A stretch of DNA of 45,867 nucleotides from a virus (IMGVR_UViG_3300037478_000216:1-45867); one strand, 5' to 3'. Numbered from the stretch's first letter, positions 1-7,891 are shown. Notes: generated from the sequence alone by a model not told the origin. Numbers and translations are program-made.

Positions 1-4
1 ATAA

Positions 5-47
5 CAGATAGGGGGGGGGGGCCGTGTGCGCGCGGCTTGTCCGCCGC
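5..47 (-). repeat. Left terminal element: GCGGC-GGACAA-GCCGC hairpin followed by GG-C11-TATCTG (minus strand); inverted copy at 45479-45519
   Basis: 5-23 (cagata G11 cc) is the exact reverse complement of 45501-45519, and the adjacent hairpin keeps the same stem and GGACRR loop. Confidence 0.85.
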
Positions 48-228
48 GACGCTCTAGCCCTTGTCATTCTAGCTCCCATCCCACAATGGGCCGAAACAAG
101 ATTCACCATAGCATTATGCTGGCTCGCCTAGTTCGACCCATCGGGACCGGAGCTAATCGCTCCAGAGGATCGGTGGACTAGCCGTTGTTTCGACCTAGTT
201 TCGATCCCCAATCTGACGCCGATAGTTA

Positions 229-417
229 CTATGGCTTGAAATACAGGTTCAGCCCCAAAATCACGGGCTTACCGTTCTTGTGCGTCCCCACGGGCTGGTT
301 GCCCTCGCTCGATGCGACGATCATCGTCTTGCCAGAGGAGGACTTGCCGTGATCTGCCGACAGGTCACACTCGATGTAGAGTTTACCATCCTTCTGCTCA
401 ACCTTGATGTTCTTCAT
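229..417 (-). CDS. Small hypothetical phage protein
   Basis: ORF MKNIKVEQ... with GGGAG RBS; IECDLS..GKSSSGKTMIVASSEGN resembles a recurring small phage protein (recalled, not searched). Confidence 0.7.
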   Translation of the reverse strand: MKNIKVEQKDGKLYIECDLSADHGKSSSGKTMIVASSEGNQPVGTHKNGKPVILGLNLYFKP

Positions 418-437
418 TTGCCCATCTCCCATTTCCC

Positions 438-531
438 GACCATTCGGGGGAGCGCAGCTTGCTTATGCACGTACACCGAGGAGTTTCCGCCATGTCGGTA
501 GTGCGGCAAGCTGCGTTGTCCTCAAACGGTC
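438..531 (-). promoter_or_regulatory. Long intergenic RNA stem-loop
   Basis: Perfect 10-bp pair 453-462/506-515, inner pair 475-479/495-499, and an outer stem 438-451/519-531 whose mismatches are mostly G-U pairs on the minus strand. Confidence 0.6.
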
Positions 532-734
532 TAGTCAGCCAAAATCCACTCGACTTCATTCAGCACACCGAGCGACGGAACCGGCGAGGTCTTTCGACCT
601 TCATTGCGATACAGCTTGCAGATTGCCTCGGTCTGCCTTACGTCTTGGACAAAGAGCAGGATTCCGCCCTCTCCGGTCCAGTCGTGGCCACGGCGCTTTG
701 CAACCTGTTTGACCTTTTCGAGCGAAACATACAT
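531..734 (-). CDS. Hypothetical protein
   Basis: 67-aa ORF with GGGAG RBS, co-oriented with the arm. Confidence 0.6.
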   Translation of the reverse strand: MYVSLEKVKQVAKRRGHDWTGEGGILLFVQDVRQTEAICKLYRNEGRKTSPVPSLGVLNEVEWILAD

Positions 735-764
735 TGGCGTCTCCCGTTATGGTTTGTGTTGCAC

Positions 765-1559
765 CTAGAACTTTCCACACTCAAGAGCCTCAAGCACGTG
801 CTCTTTGGTTCTGCACGTTGGCGATTCGACACGGCCCATCTCGCACAGTTCGAGGATGAGCGAAAGTAGCTCCTTCTTCACGTTTGTTTTTGTGGCGTAT
901 GCGGCGTTTGCGGCGTCTGCGGCGTTTGCGGCGGCGTTTGCGGCGTCTGCGGCGTCTGCGGCGTGTGCGGCGGCGTTTGCGGCGGCGTTTGCGGCGTCTG
1001 CGGCGTATGCGGCGGCGCTTGCGGCGTCTGCGGCGGAGTTTGCGGCGTCTGCGGCGTATGCGGCGGCGCTTGCGGCGTCTGCGGCGGAGTTTGCGGCGTC
1101 TGCGGCGGAGTTTGCGGCGGCGTATGCGGCGTCTGCGTCGGCGTGTGCGGCGGCGTTTGCGGCGGCGTTTGCGGCGGCGCGCATTTCAGCATAAGTGGCA
1201 ACATCTGGGATGGAGCGAAGTTCAGATGCCTCCGTTTCCAGTCCAGCCATGTCCATAGCTGCCGGTACAAAAATACGCACAGTCGCTAGAACGATCTTCT
1301 GAACTCGTGCGGCCCTTATTTCTGCCGATACTCCAGCCGTACCGACAGGCGCGAACAGGTGCGGCCCGATCAACCGCTCACGCTCCGCGTCATCGGCGCA
1401 CATATCGTTCAGGCGAATCGCCAGCGGCTGGATCGTTTCGCAGACGCACTTGGGATGATCGTGCCAGTCGACGAGCGCCCTCTCGTTGGTGTAGTAGTTG
1501 AGAGCCGACATCCAGCAGGCCCCTGTCTGTGGGGAGCCGCTTCCATATACAAGTTTCAT
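765..1559 (-). CDS. Hypothetical phage protein with Ala-rich repeat tract
   Basis: ATG at 1559 behind GGAGG; N-terminal GACWMSA..WHDHPKCV..LAIRLND motif followed by an AA(N/D/Y/H/S) tract. Confidence 0.8.
   Translation of the reverse strand: MKLVYGSGSPQTGACWMSALNYYTNERALVDWHDHPKCVCETIQPLAIRLNDMCADDAERERLIGPHLFAPVGTAGVSAEIRAARVQKIVLATVRIFVPAAMDMAGLETEASELRSIPDVATYAEMRAAANAAANAAAHADADAAYAAANSAADAANSAADAASAAAYAADAANSAADAASAAAYAADAANAAANAAAHAADAADAANAAANAADAANAAYATKTNVKKELLSLILELCEMGRVESPTCRTKEHVLEALECGKF
893..1181 (-). repeat. Coding minisatellite of 9/12-nt units NAC-GCC-(GCC)-GCA
   Basis: Directly visible tandem units, including a 17-codon block present twice. Confidence 0.9.
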
Positions 1560-1599
1560 CTCAATTCCTCCGGTTGTCCCCACAATTGGGGACACAATA

Positions 1600-1628
1600 A
1601 GGATATCATACCGTGCGAACACAGGCAA
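1600..1628 (-). promoter_or_regulatory. Sigma70-type promoter TTGCCT-17-TATCCT
   Basis: 17-bp spacer with TG extension; downstream TATTGTGTCC resembles the other leftward promoters. Confidence 0.5.
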
Positions 1629-1658
1629 AAAACATCTGAAACTATCTGAAATACGTGC

Positions 1659-2249
1659 CTACTTCCTGCGTTGAGACTTGTGTCTCTTTAGCTCCTTAGC
1701 GAGGTTGATAAACGGCGATTTCTTGCCTAGCACCTTTCGGGCCTCGTCTGCACCCTTGCTTGCCGGGGCATGGCGCAGAACGGTTCTGGCGACAGACGCG
1801 ATGTCAATCTCTCCAAGTCGTATCAGGTTGCGCAGGACAGAGAAATCCTTTGGTCGTCCAGCGGCAAGGCGGATTGCGGCGGCATCGCTCAATCGGCAGC
1901 ACCACACACCCCGATGCCTTACCCGGTTCTTTACGGCAGCAGCAAAGAGGCGAGAGGTTCCGTCTGACAGCTTATGGACAAAATCAACCTTCACGCCGGA
2001 TACCATGTAGTGGCCGTTTTTGTTCCACGAAAATGCGTTGGGGTTTTCAACGAGGGGAAGTAGCCCGTCGGCAATGTCGCCATCTGCGGCCATGTCAATA
2101 TCTTCGGTCGTGTACGGCAGACCAAAGAGGACAAAGCAGGCCCCGCCCATGACCGCATACTTCGCACCAGACTTCTTCGCTGCGTCGTCTACTGTTTCGA
2201 CGATTTCGCGTATCTTCTCGGCGTCGAGTTTCTTACTTTTTCTTTTCAT
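1659..2249 (-). CDS. Nucleotidyltransferase (Pol beta superfamily, DUF6036/AbiEii-like), paralog 1
   Basis: YAVMGG..TTEDID catalytic motif, VKVDF third Asp, C-terminal AGRPKD. Confidence 0.75.
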   Translation of the reverse strand: MKRKSKKLDAEKIREIVETVDDAAKKSGAKYAVMGGACFVLFGLPYTTEDIDMAADGDIADGLLPLVENPNAFSWNKNGHYMVSGVKVDFVHKLSDGTSRLFAAAVKNRVRHRGVWCCRLSDAAAIRLAAGRPKDFSVLRNLIRLGEIDIASVARTVLRHAPASKGADEARKVLGKKSPFINLAKELKRHKSQRRK

Positions 2250-2437
2250 CTCCGCTCCCTGTGCTTGGAAATATCTCCGTGGTAAAGAATCTTACTGTCC
2301 TCATCTCGTTCTAGCGTGACACACAATTCGCCGGTTCTTTCGTCGTAAGACAGCTCAATGGGAACCTGTCGCCCACCGTACAGAAGAAACACGACGCGCG
2401 CCGAGCCATCGTCCAGGCGTTCGATCTCAATCCTCAA
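2246..2437 (-). CDS. Small hypothetical protein between the two nucleotidyltransferases
   Basis: 63-aa ORF overlapping both neighbours, consistent with translational coupling. Confidence 0.6.
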   Translation of the reverse strand: MRIEIERLDDGSARVVFLLYGGRQVPIELSYDERTGELCVTLERDEDSKILYHGDISKHRERR

Positions 2438-2984
2438 TCTCTCCCCCTGTCGTAAACTCTTTCACTATCTTCAGGACCAGGTTTCCGTCTATCCAGCCCT
2501 CGTCCCATAGCTGGTCGAACACAAGTTTATCTTTCTCTCGTCCCGCATAAATCTTGATTGCCATGGCCCACTCTATCGGCGCAAGCCACAGCCCGTTTTC
2601 GTCGAGATAGGCGTGCTTTATAGCCTGCCTGAATAGTTCGTCTCCACCGTGTGTTCCCTTTGGCATCCAGTCAACCTGAACACCGTGGACAAGGTGCCAG
2701 CCGGGGCGGGTCGACCCTTTTTTGGTTCGTTTCGTCTCGCTCCAGTGGCCCGTGTCGTACCAGCCTTCTACCCACTTGCGCTTTATCTCTTGAACGGTCG
2801 GCCGGTATAGCGGAAGGTTTACAAAGTCAGATGCGGCAACGTCTACGTCCTCCGTCTCGATCCATGGCACCCCAAGCAGCTTGAATAGCGCACCGCCAAT
2901 CACGGCGTATTGGATTCCATCCTTTTCGGCCCGCTTGTGAAGCGTATTGACCACGCTTACGATCTTTTCTTTACTCAGCGGCAC
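2427..2984 (-). CDS. Nucleotidyltransferase (Pol beta superfamily, DUF6036/AbiEii-like), paralog 2
   Basis: YAVIGG..ETEDVD, VQVDW, AGREKD; colinear with 1659..2249. Confidence 0.75.
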   Translation of the reverse strand: MPLSKEKIVSVVNTLHKRAEKDGIQYAVIGGALFKLLGVPWIETEDVDVAASDFVNLPLYRPTVQEIKRKWVEGWYDTGHWSETKRTKKGSTRPGWHLVHGVQVDWMPKGTHGGDELFRQAIKHAYLDENGLWLAPIEWAMAIKIYAGREKDKLVFDQLWDEGWIDGNLVLKIVKEFTTGGEIED

Positions 2985-3462
2985 AAAGAGCCTCCCGAAT
3001 CGCCTGTTTTCCTCTGAATAGTCTGCTTAGAACGGTGCCCATCGGTATATTCAGGGAGTTTGCTATCTCATCTACTGAAAATCCGCCGAATACTTGCATT
3101 CTCACCACAGTTTGCTGCGGTTTTGGACAGGTTTCGAGCATTTTGTCTACGTTTTCGTTAGATTCCATGCCGCCCTTTTCGGCCATGTTGTGAGGGAGTT
3201 TGTCCTCTGGAACCTCGTGAATTGCCACAAGGCGTCGCGCCCTCGCCCATCTGTCTCGATCCCTTTGGCAATTTCGCATAACCGTGTAAAGCCACGCCTT
3301 GAGATTGGTGCCTTTCGTGTATCTATCTGAATACGCCAGGGCGCGAATTATGGTGTCCGAAACGAGGTCCATCTGGTCATTATAGTCAGACTCAAACCTT
3401 TTCGCCATTCTTCTCATCCAAGAGACAAGAGATGGCAAAGATTCGGACACCTCGCAGTTCAC
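2971..3462 (-). CDS. ECF-family RNA polymerase sigma factor
   Basis: Region 2 DLVSDT..GTNLKAWLYTVMRN and region 4.2 VDEIANSLNIPMGTVLSRLFRG; GTG start at 3462 overlaps the upstream TGA. Confidence 0.9.
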   Translation of the reverse strand: MNCEVSESLPSLVSWMRRMAKRFESDYNDQMDLVSDTIIRALAYSDRYTKGTNLKAWLYTVMRNCQRDRDRWARARRLVAIHEVPEDKLPHNMAEKGGMESNENVDKMLETCPKPQQTVVRMQVFGGFSVDEIANSLNIPMGTVLSRLFRGKQAIREALCAAE

Positions 3463-3773
3463 AGCTCGCCCCTTTCCTGTTTTGCCATGTCTCGCTTCTG
3501 TTCCTCTACCAGCTCGCCAATAAGGCTGGCCCCCCTGGCGTCGCTTTTCACCATCTTCCCCTCGTTGTTCTTCTTCTTGCGCAGGGTCACGTCGCATATC
3601 GAGCCCTTTAGCTTGCGAAGGAAGGCGCGGCACACCAGCCAGTTCTCCTCGGAAACCTCTTTGTCGGTCTCGTCGAAGAAATACCGCAAGCACTCCCTGA
3701 TCGCAATGCCGCACTTGAGATTTACGTGCGGAGCCACCGTTGGATACTTCTTGTTCTTCCGTTTTTCAGCCAT
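3459..3773 (-). CDS. Hypothetical basic protein
   Basis: ATG at 3773 after GGAG; coupled to the sigma gene. Confidence 0.6.
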   Translation of the reverse strand: MAEKRKNKKYPTVAPHVNLKCGIAIRECLRYFFDETDKEVSEENWLVCRAFLRKLKGSICDVTLRKKKNNEGKMVKSDARGASLIGELVEEQKRDMAKQERGEL

Positions 3774-4014
3774 CGAGAATCTCCATGTATTGGCGGGCAA
3801 ACACACGTCCGGTATCCGAGAGATAGAGGGTCCGTGCCTGTCGGTGTACAAGGCGCAGCCTTTCCAATCTTGACACAACCCAATCTTCAAGATGGCCGAT
3901 AAGGTCTAGGTCTTTTATCGGCAGGCCAGCCCCTATCCCGCTTTCCCTTTCGTCTTGATGCAGCCTGCACAGAACCGTGAAGCACATTCCAGAACCTTCA
4001 CCAGACTCAAACAT
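3766..4014 (-). CDS. Hypothetical protein, possible winged helix
   Basis: RLERLRLV..LYLSDTG pattern typical of a wHTH wing. Confidence 0.5.
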   Translation of the reverse strand: MFESGEGSGMCFTVLCRLHQDERESGIGAGLPIKDLDLIGHLEDWVVSRLERLRLVHRQARTLYLSDTGRVFARQYMEILDG

Positions 4015-4015
4015 C

Positions 4016-4531
4016 TTATTCCCCTAGTATTCCCTTCTGTTTTTTAGTGCCACGACGAGCGGCACCTTTCTTGGGCTTTTCGTAAATGCGGCAGGTGATC
4101 TGCTTGGGATTTCTCCCGGCAGGGGGCCGCAGGTCTTTCAACCTGTCGTCAATCCAAAACTCAACCAGTACACCAACGCGGTCCATCGTTTCGGCATACC
4201 TTATCCTATTGGTGGTGCTTTCGATCCATTCCTGCGTGTCGTTCTCTATGATGCCGAGGTGTTGGAGCGCGTCGAGGATTGGCTTACACGCACCACCAAT
4301 GTTATCCGGGTCTCGTCCGTCGGTCCATTCGTACCACGTGAAAACAACGGTGTATTTACGCTTAGGCAGGACACAATAGCCCTGTACGGCATTAGCCACG
4401 GCGTTCGCGCATTTCTTCTTCAGCTCGTTCCACTTTCCGCGCCAACGAGAGGAGCGAACCTCGATGATTTCGTTCGAGCCGGGAAATAGGCCGGGAACGA
4501 ACACACTAAACATCAGCTCGCTAGAACTCAT
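4016..4531 (-). CDS. rusA: RusA-family Holliday junction resolvase
   Basis: RDPDNIGGACKPILDAL..GIIENDT matches the RusA DxDN..K...D...G...DD motif. Confidence 0.85.
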   Translation of the reverse strand: MSSSELMFSVFVPGLFPGSNEIIEVRSSRWRGKWNELKKKCANAVANAVQGYCVLPKRKYTVVFTWYEWTDGRDPDNIGGACKPILDALQHLGIIENDTQEWIESTTNRIRYAETMDRVGVLVEFWIDDRLKDLRPPAGRNPKQITCRIYEKPKKGAARRGTKKQKGILGE

Positions 4532-4827
4532 CTCGTTCCACTCCGTGCGTAGGATACATATTTTATAGCCGTACTTCTGGACACGCCGAAATACTCGGCG
4601 GCCTGGTCGTATGTTGCCTCGTATTCATCCATCCACGCGAGCAACCGCTGCGGCCTAGAAACCAGTCGCCCATCCCTCCACCGCAAAACATCATCCATCT
4701 CAACGTCCCAAACAAGCCGCCCATCTATGTCGCCCCCTATCTGCGCCGCACAGCTTCCAGAGCTGCAAGCTTTTCGCAGGGTGGACTCTTTTATACCAGC
4801 TAGTTTGGCGGCCTCGCTTATCTTCAT
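4528..4827 (-). CDS. Double helix-turn-helix DNA-binding protein
   Basis: N-terminal ISEAAKLAGIKESTLRK (MerR/excisionase-like) and C-terminal YDQAAEYFGVSRSTA. Confidence 0.75.
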   Translation of the reverse strand: MKISEAAKLAGIKESTLRKACSSGSCAAQIGGDIDGRLVWDVEMDDVLRWRDGRLVSRPQRLLAWMDEYEATYDQAAEYFGVSRSTAIKYVSYARSGTR

Positions 4828-5612
4828 TTTCCCGCTCCCATCTCACACTGACCGTATAGCGGGCAGCGCTTCTCGTTGCAGGACCAGTAGGGGTCTCCCG
4901 GCGGGAAGTGGCCAGCCTTTATTGCGTCGATTGTGCGGTTTACCTTCAGCTCGATTGCCTTATACTTGCCATCCGTAAGCGCAACCGAGCGAGGCGTAAA
5001 GTGCGGTCGCTTGCTCGGAACGTAATGGGCCAGCGTTCCAACCTGCGCCCGCTTTCCCGTCAGTCGCTCGTAAACCATTGCGTAGAATGGGAGCTGTGCG
5101 CTTGCATCGGCGCTGTTTATATCTGGCGTGCGTTCGGTCGAGCCAATCTTCCAGTCCGTTACCGAAAGCAACCAGTCGGAGTTTACTTCCACGCAGTCTA
5201 TGCAGCCGGTTAGTTTGTCGTCGCCCCATTCAAGCTCAAAGCGCATCTCGGACTCAAGGGGGGCAATGTTCGGTAGAATACTTCGGTGGAACGCAGCGAC
5301 CGCCGCTCCGAGCCTCGCCGTGGACATCGAATTGCGAACGTCGAATCCGGCAATCTCGTCTATAATGTCAGACTCGATCAGCTTGGACTCCCGTTCGAGT
5401 GTCGCAGAGCCGATGGCTAACATCTCTGGAACGCCAGCCACTTTACCCTCTAGTTTCTTGCGGATGGCGAAGTCGAAGGCGGAATGACAGGCGGTCCCAA
5501 CGGCCATCTGTATGCTTGGTTTCTGCCGTGGCACTTCCTTGGACACGTATACTTTACGGTACATCTCTGGACAGCGCCAATACATCTGTAATGCTGATAT
5601 GCTATATTTCAC
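4824..5612 (-). CDS. PD-(D/E)XK exonuclease, Cas4/RecB-like
   Basis: SISAL..CP, G...H, GCID..DWK, QLPFYA and C-terminal C..C.....C (Fe-S cysteines). Confidence 0.85.
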   Translation of the reverse strand: MKYSISALQMYWRCPEMYRKVYVSKEVPRQKPSIQMAVGTACHSAFDFAIRKKLEGKVAGVPEMLAIGSATLERESKLIESDIIDEIAGFDVRNSMSTARLGAAVAAFHRSILPNIAPLESEMRFELEWGDDKLTGCIDCVEVNSDWLLSVTDWKIGSTERTPDINSADASAQLPFYAMVYERLTGKRAQVGTLAHYVPSKRPHFTPRSVALTDGKYKAIELKVNRTIDAIKAGHFPPGDPYWSCNEKRCPLYGQCEMGAGK

Positions 5613-5724
5613 GAGAATCCCACATCAAGAGGACAATTAGAAGCCCAATCGGGCCGAGGGAAAGCGCGGCAACCGCCAGCAGGACGTATCCAACTACAAT
5701 CACAGCTTGCCGAATATGTCCCAT
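5602..5724 (-). CDS. Small membrane protein (40 aa)
   Basis: ATG after GGAGGAG; hydrophobic VIVVGYVLLAVAALSLGPIGLLIVLLMW. Confidence 0.6.
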   Translation of the reverse strand: MGHIRQAVIVVGYVLLAVAALSLGPIGLLIVLLMWDSREI

Positions 5725-5812
5725 CGCTCCTCCATTGAAAGACTTTAGGGCCTTCATCACCCTAGCTGACTTTCGTCTGCCGCTGTCGGGTAGAAGGCCC
5801 CTGAACACTGTA

Positions 5813-5841
5813 ATTATACCCCGCCGGACACAACCTGTCAA
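5813..5841 (-). promoter_or_regulatory. Perfect-consensus sigma70 promoter TTGACA-17-TATAAT
   Basis: Exact consensus hexamers with a 17-bp spacer, oriented with the downstream genes. Confidence 0.9.
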
Positions 5842-6920
5842 GCATTTTCCGATCCAATCTGCATACACATCGCAGTAAATGGTGGGGCAATCAGGAATGC
5901 AACCTTTTCATTCTCGTCGAAGGCCGACGACCCCCACCCGAAATGGACAGAGGATTTGTCGAGGGTTGAACCGGCGATAATAGCGGGGGACAGCATCATG
6001 TCGATTGGTTCCATGTGAGCGTCTAGCTTAGTGTCGAACTCTGGAACCTTTATTGACTTTCCGTAGATTTGCATCTGTTTCCCGTCGCAGACAAACCGTG
6101 CTCGTTCAACTCCAAGAGCTTCCATAACCTCGGAAACCTTGGCCAGCCTGGGCGCGTCTATTGGCGCGGTGGACCGTATGGTTCCGCGCACGGAGCGCCA
6201 ATCAGGAAACTGGCCCTCTAGCATTACGCTCCACGAAGATATGTCCCCCATCTCCACGCGGAAGCACGAAGGGCCAAACTCCACCTTGATCTTTGCGCCA
6301 TCCACGGGCGGAATGATGGACGAGAGAACGTCCGCATATTCTCGTGGAATGTTTATTGCAATGTTGTTTTCACCCTGCACCTTTTCGCAGGCTGTTTCAG
6401 ACCACACCATCTTTCCATATTGAGCAGCACAGAAGGAGGCGGCCGTGTCGACGAACTCAAAGTGGGCCGAGTTGAAGATGTAGGTTCCCCTCTCTTTCGC
6501 AGCAAACTTCTTCGTCATTACACAGCAGTTACGGAACCACTTAGCATCCACAAGGAATCCACTGGATACGTCTGCCGACATCCTAGGAACGTTGGTCGAC
6601 GTTGACAGCTTGGCGTTGATTGCGCCAACAATCTTTAGTGCGGTCCCATCTATCGAAAGGCCAATGTCAGAGGCGCCGCAGCCGTCGAGAATCTTACTAA
6701 ACTCCTCGATGTAGACGCTACAAAGAAACTCCGAACCAGAGCCGGGGCCTTCAAGCTGATGAGACATCGAAACGGAGGAGGTTCCGCCGGTTGCGAACAC
6801 CTCTATCGCCCCGCCAGACGTCTTTAGGCCAACCACGGGCTCGTCGGTTTTGCCGAGGATTTTCTTGCAGGAATCAACCAGAGATTTCAGGTCACTTGCT
6901 TTGATCATAGTATCCCGCAT
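5838..6920 (-). CDS. dnaN: DNA polymerase III beta sliding clamp-like protein
   Basis: 360 aa; MLEGQFPDWRSV clamp motif and FAAKERGTYIFNSAHFE resembling clamp domain II; divergent. Confidence 0.7.
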   Translation of the reverse strand: MRDTMIKASDLKSLVDSCKKILGKTDEPVVGLKTSGGAIEVFATGGTSSVSMSHQLEGPGSGSEFLCSVYIEEFSKILDGCGASDIGLSIDGTALKIVGAINAKLSTSTNVPRMSADVSSGFLVDAKWFRNCCVMTKKFAAKERGTYIFNSAHFEFVDTAASFCAAQYGKMVWSETACEKVQGENNIAINIPREYADVLSSIIPPVDGAKIKVEFGPSCFRVEMGDISSWSVMLEGQFPDWRSVRGTIRSTAPIDAPRLAKVSEVMEALGVERARFVCDGKQMQIYGKSIKVPEFDTKLDAHMEPIDMMLSPAIIAGSTLDKSSVHFGWGSSAFDENEKVAFLIAPPFTAMCMQIGSENA

Positions 6921-6999
6921 GCCTTATAGAGGATAATCACAAACCACCAGACAACAACCGCAAGCGAGGCGAGAAGCGCAATTTTATCCGAATTGGGCA

Positions 7000-7350
7000 T
7001 CACTTGTCGCTCACTTTCCGAGGTTCAAATGGAATGTCGGTCTGCTTATCGGGGTCGAGCATGTCGGCCCACTGAAGATATGCCGCCGCGTCTTCATCGT
7101 CGTCGGCATGCGCCCCTGCGCCACTAGCCCTGCGCGCTTCCTTACGTCCGATCTTGAAATCGTGCATCATCAGGGCAACTTGAAACGGGCTGAGTTGCGG
7201 AGCGCCATCGCCAAAAGTGTTCAACAGAAACACGTTCCAGCGCCGACAGATAAACTCGAATGAGTTTTCACGTCCGTTATACCCGCCCTTGCGTGATTCG
7301 ATCTGCGCCTGCGCCCGCTCTAGCAGGGGCTTCTTGTGTTTACCTGACAT
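7000..7350 (-). CDS. DUF6378-like phage protein (nucleotide pyrophosphatase-like)
   Basis: R...Y....NSF..I...W.....VALMM..K..R....D...DAAAY pattern. Confidence 0.65.
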   Translation of the reverse strand: MSGKHKKPLLERAQAQIESRKGGYNGRENSFEFICRRWNVFLLNTFGDGAPQLSPFQVALMMHDFKIGRKEARRASGAGAHADDDEDAAAYLQWADMLDPDKQTDIPFEPRKVSDK

Positions 7351-7891
7351 CTAACTCCTCGGCTATTAGTTTTACCCTCGTCTCTAGTGGCCCCCGGACT
7401 CGAAACACCTCGAATCCATGATCTAGGACCATCTGTAGGACTTCCTCGTCGATTGTCGACGCCTCTTCTGGCGTCTGAAACCGCGTTCCATCATCAAGGT
7501 ACGGCTTCTCTCGCTCGACGTACACGATCAAGTCGTATTCGAGGAACGAGCGAAGGAACATCTTGTAAAGGTCTGACAGTATCAGCACCTTCTCGATTCC
7601 GCTTCCGGGTAGCTGGCGTGCGTAGAACCAGGGCAGAATCATGGGTGAATCGGTTACGAATCCGTCGGCAGACTTCGGCACCTTCAGCTCTCGTCTAAGC
7701 TGCTTGTCAGCAATGTGCTTGGCAACCGCCATCGACGTGATCTTGTCAGCGCCAAACTGGTCTATGAAGTCGCGGGCATATTCACCCACGTTGTACCAGT
7801 TCTTATTCTGGTTCTTCATGTGCGCGGTTAGAGCGTTAGCTAGCGTCGTCTTTCCAGCTCCGGGGCCAGCAATTAGGGCAACTTTTTTCAC
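7340..7891 (-). CDS. AAA_28 / NadR-kinase-like P-loop ATPase
   Basis: Walker A AGPGAGKTT, EYAR, FVTDSP, YDL, DGTRFQ. Confidence 0.8.
   Translation of the reverse strand: MKKVALIAGPGAGKTTLANALTAHMKNQNKNWYNVGEYARDFIDQFGADKITSMAVAKHIADKQLRRELKVPKSADGFVTDSPMILPWFYARQLPGSGIEKVLILSDLYKMFLRSFLEYDLIVYVEREKPYLDDGTRFQTPEEASTIDEEVLQMVLDHGFEVFRVRGPLETRVKLIAEELDVR

Noticed and set aside
893-1181. CRISPR array, or the poly-Arg, CGGV and PQT ORFs in other frames
   Set aside because: No unique spacers; the alternative ORFs are frame shadows of the Ala-coding repeat, and only the minus-strand frame has an RBS and non-repetitive flanks.
4824-5612. Cas4 as part of a CRISPR-Cas system
   Set aside because: No array or other cas genes; solo Cas4-like nucleases are common phage recombination proteins.
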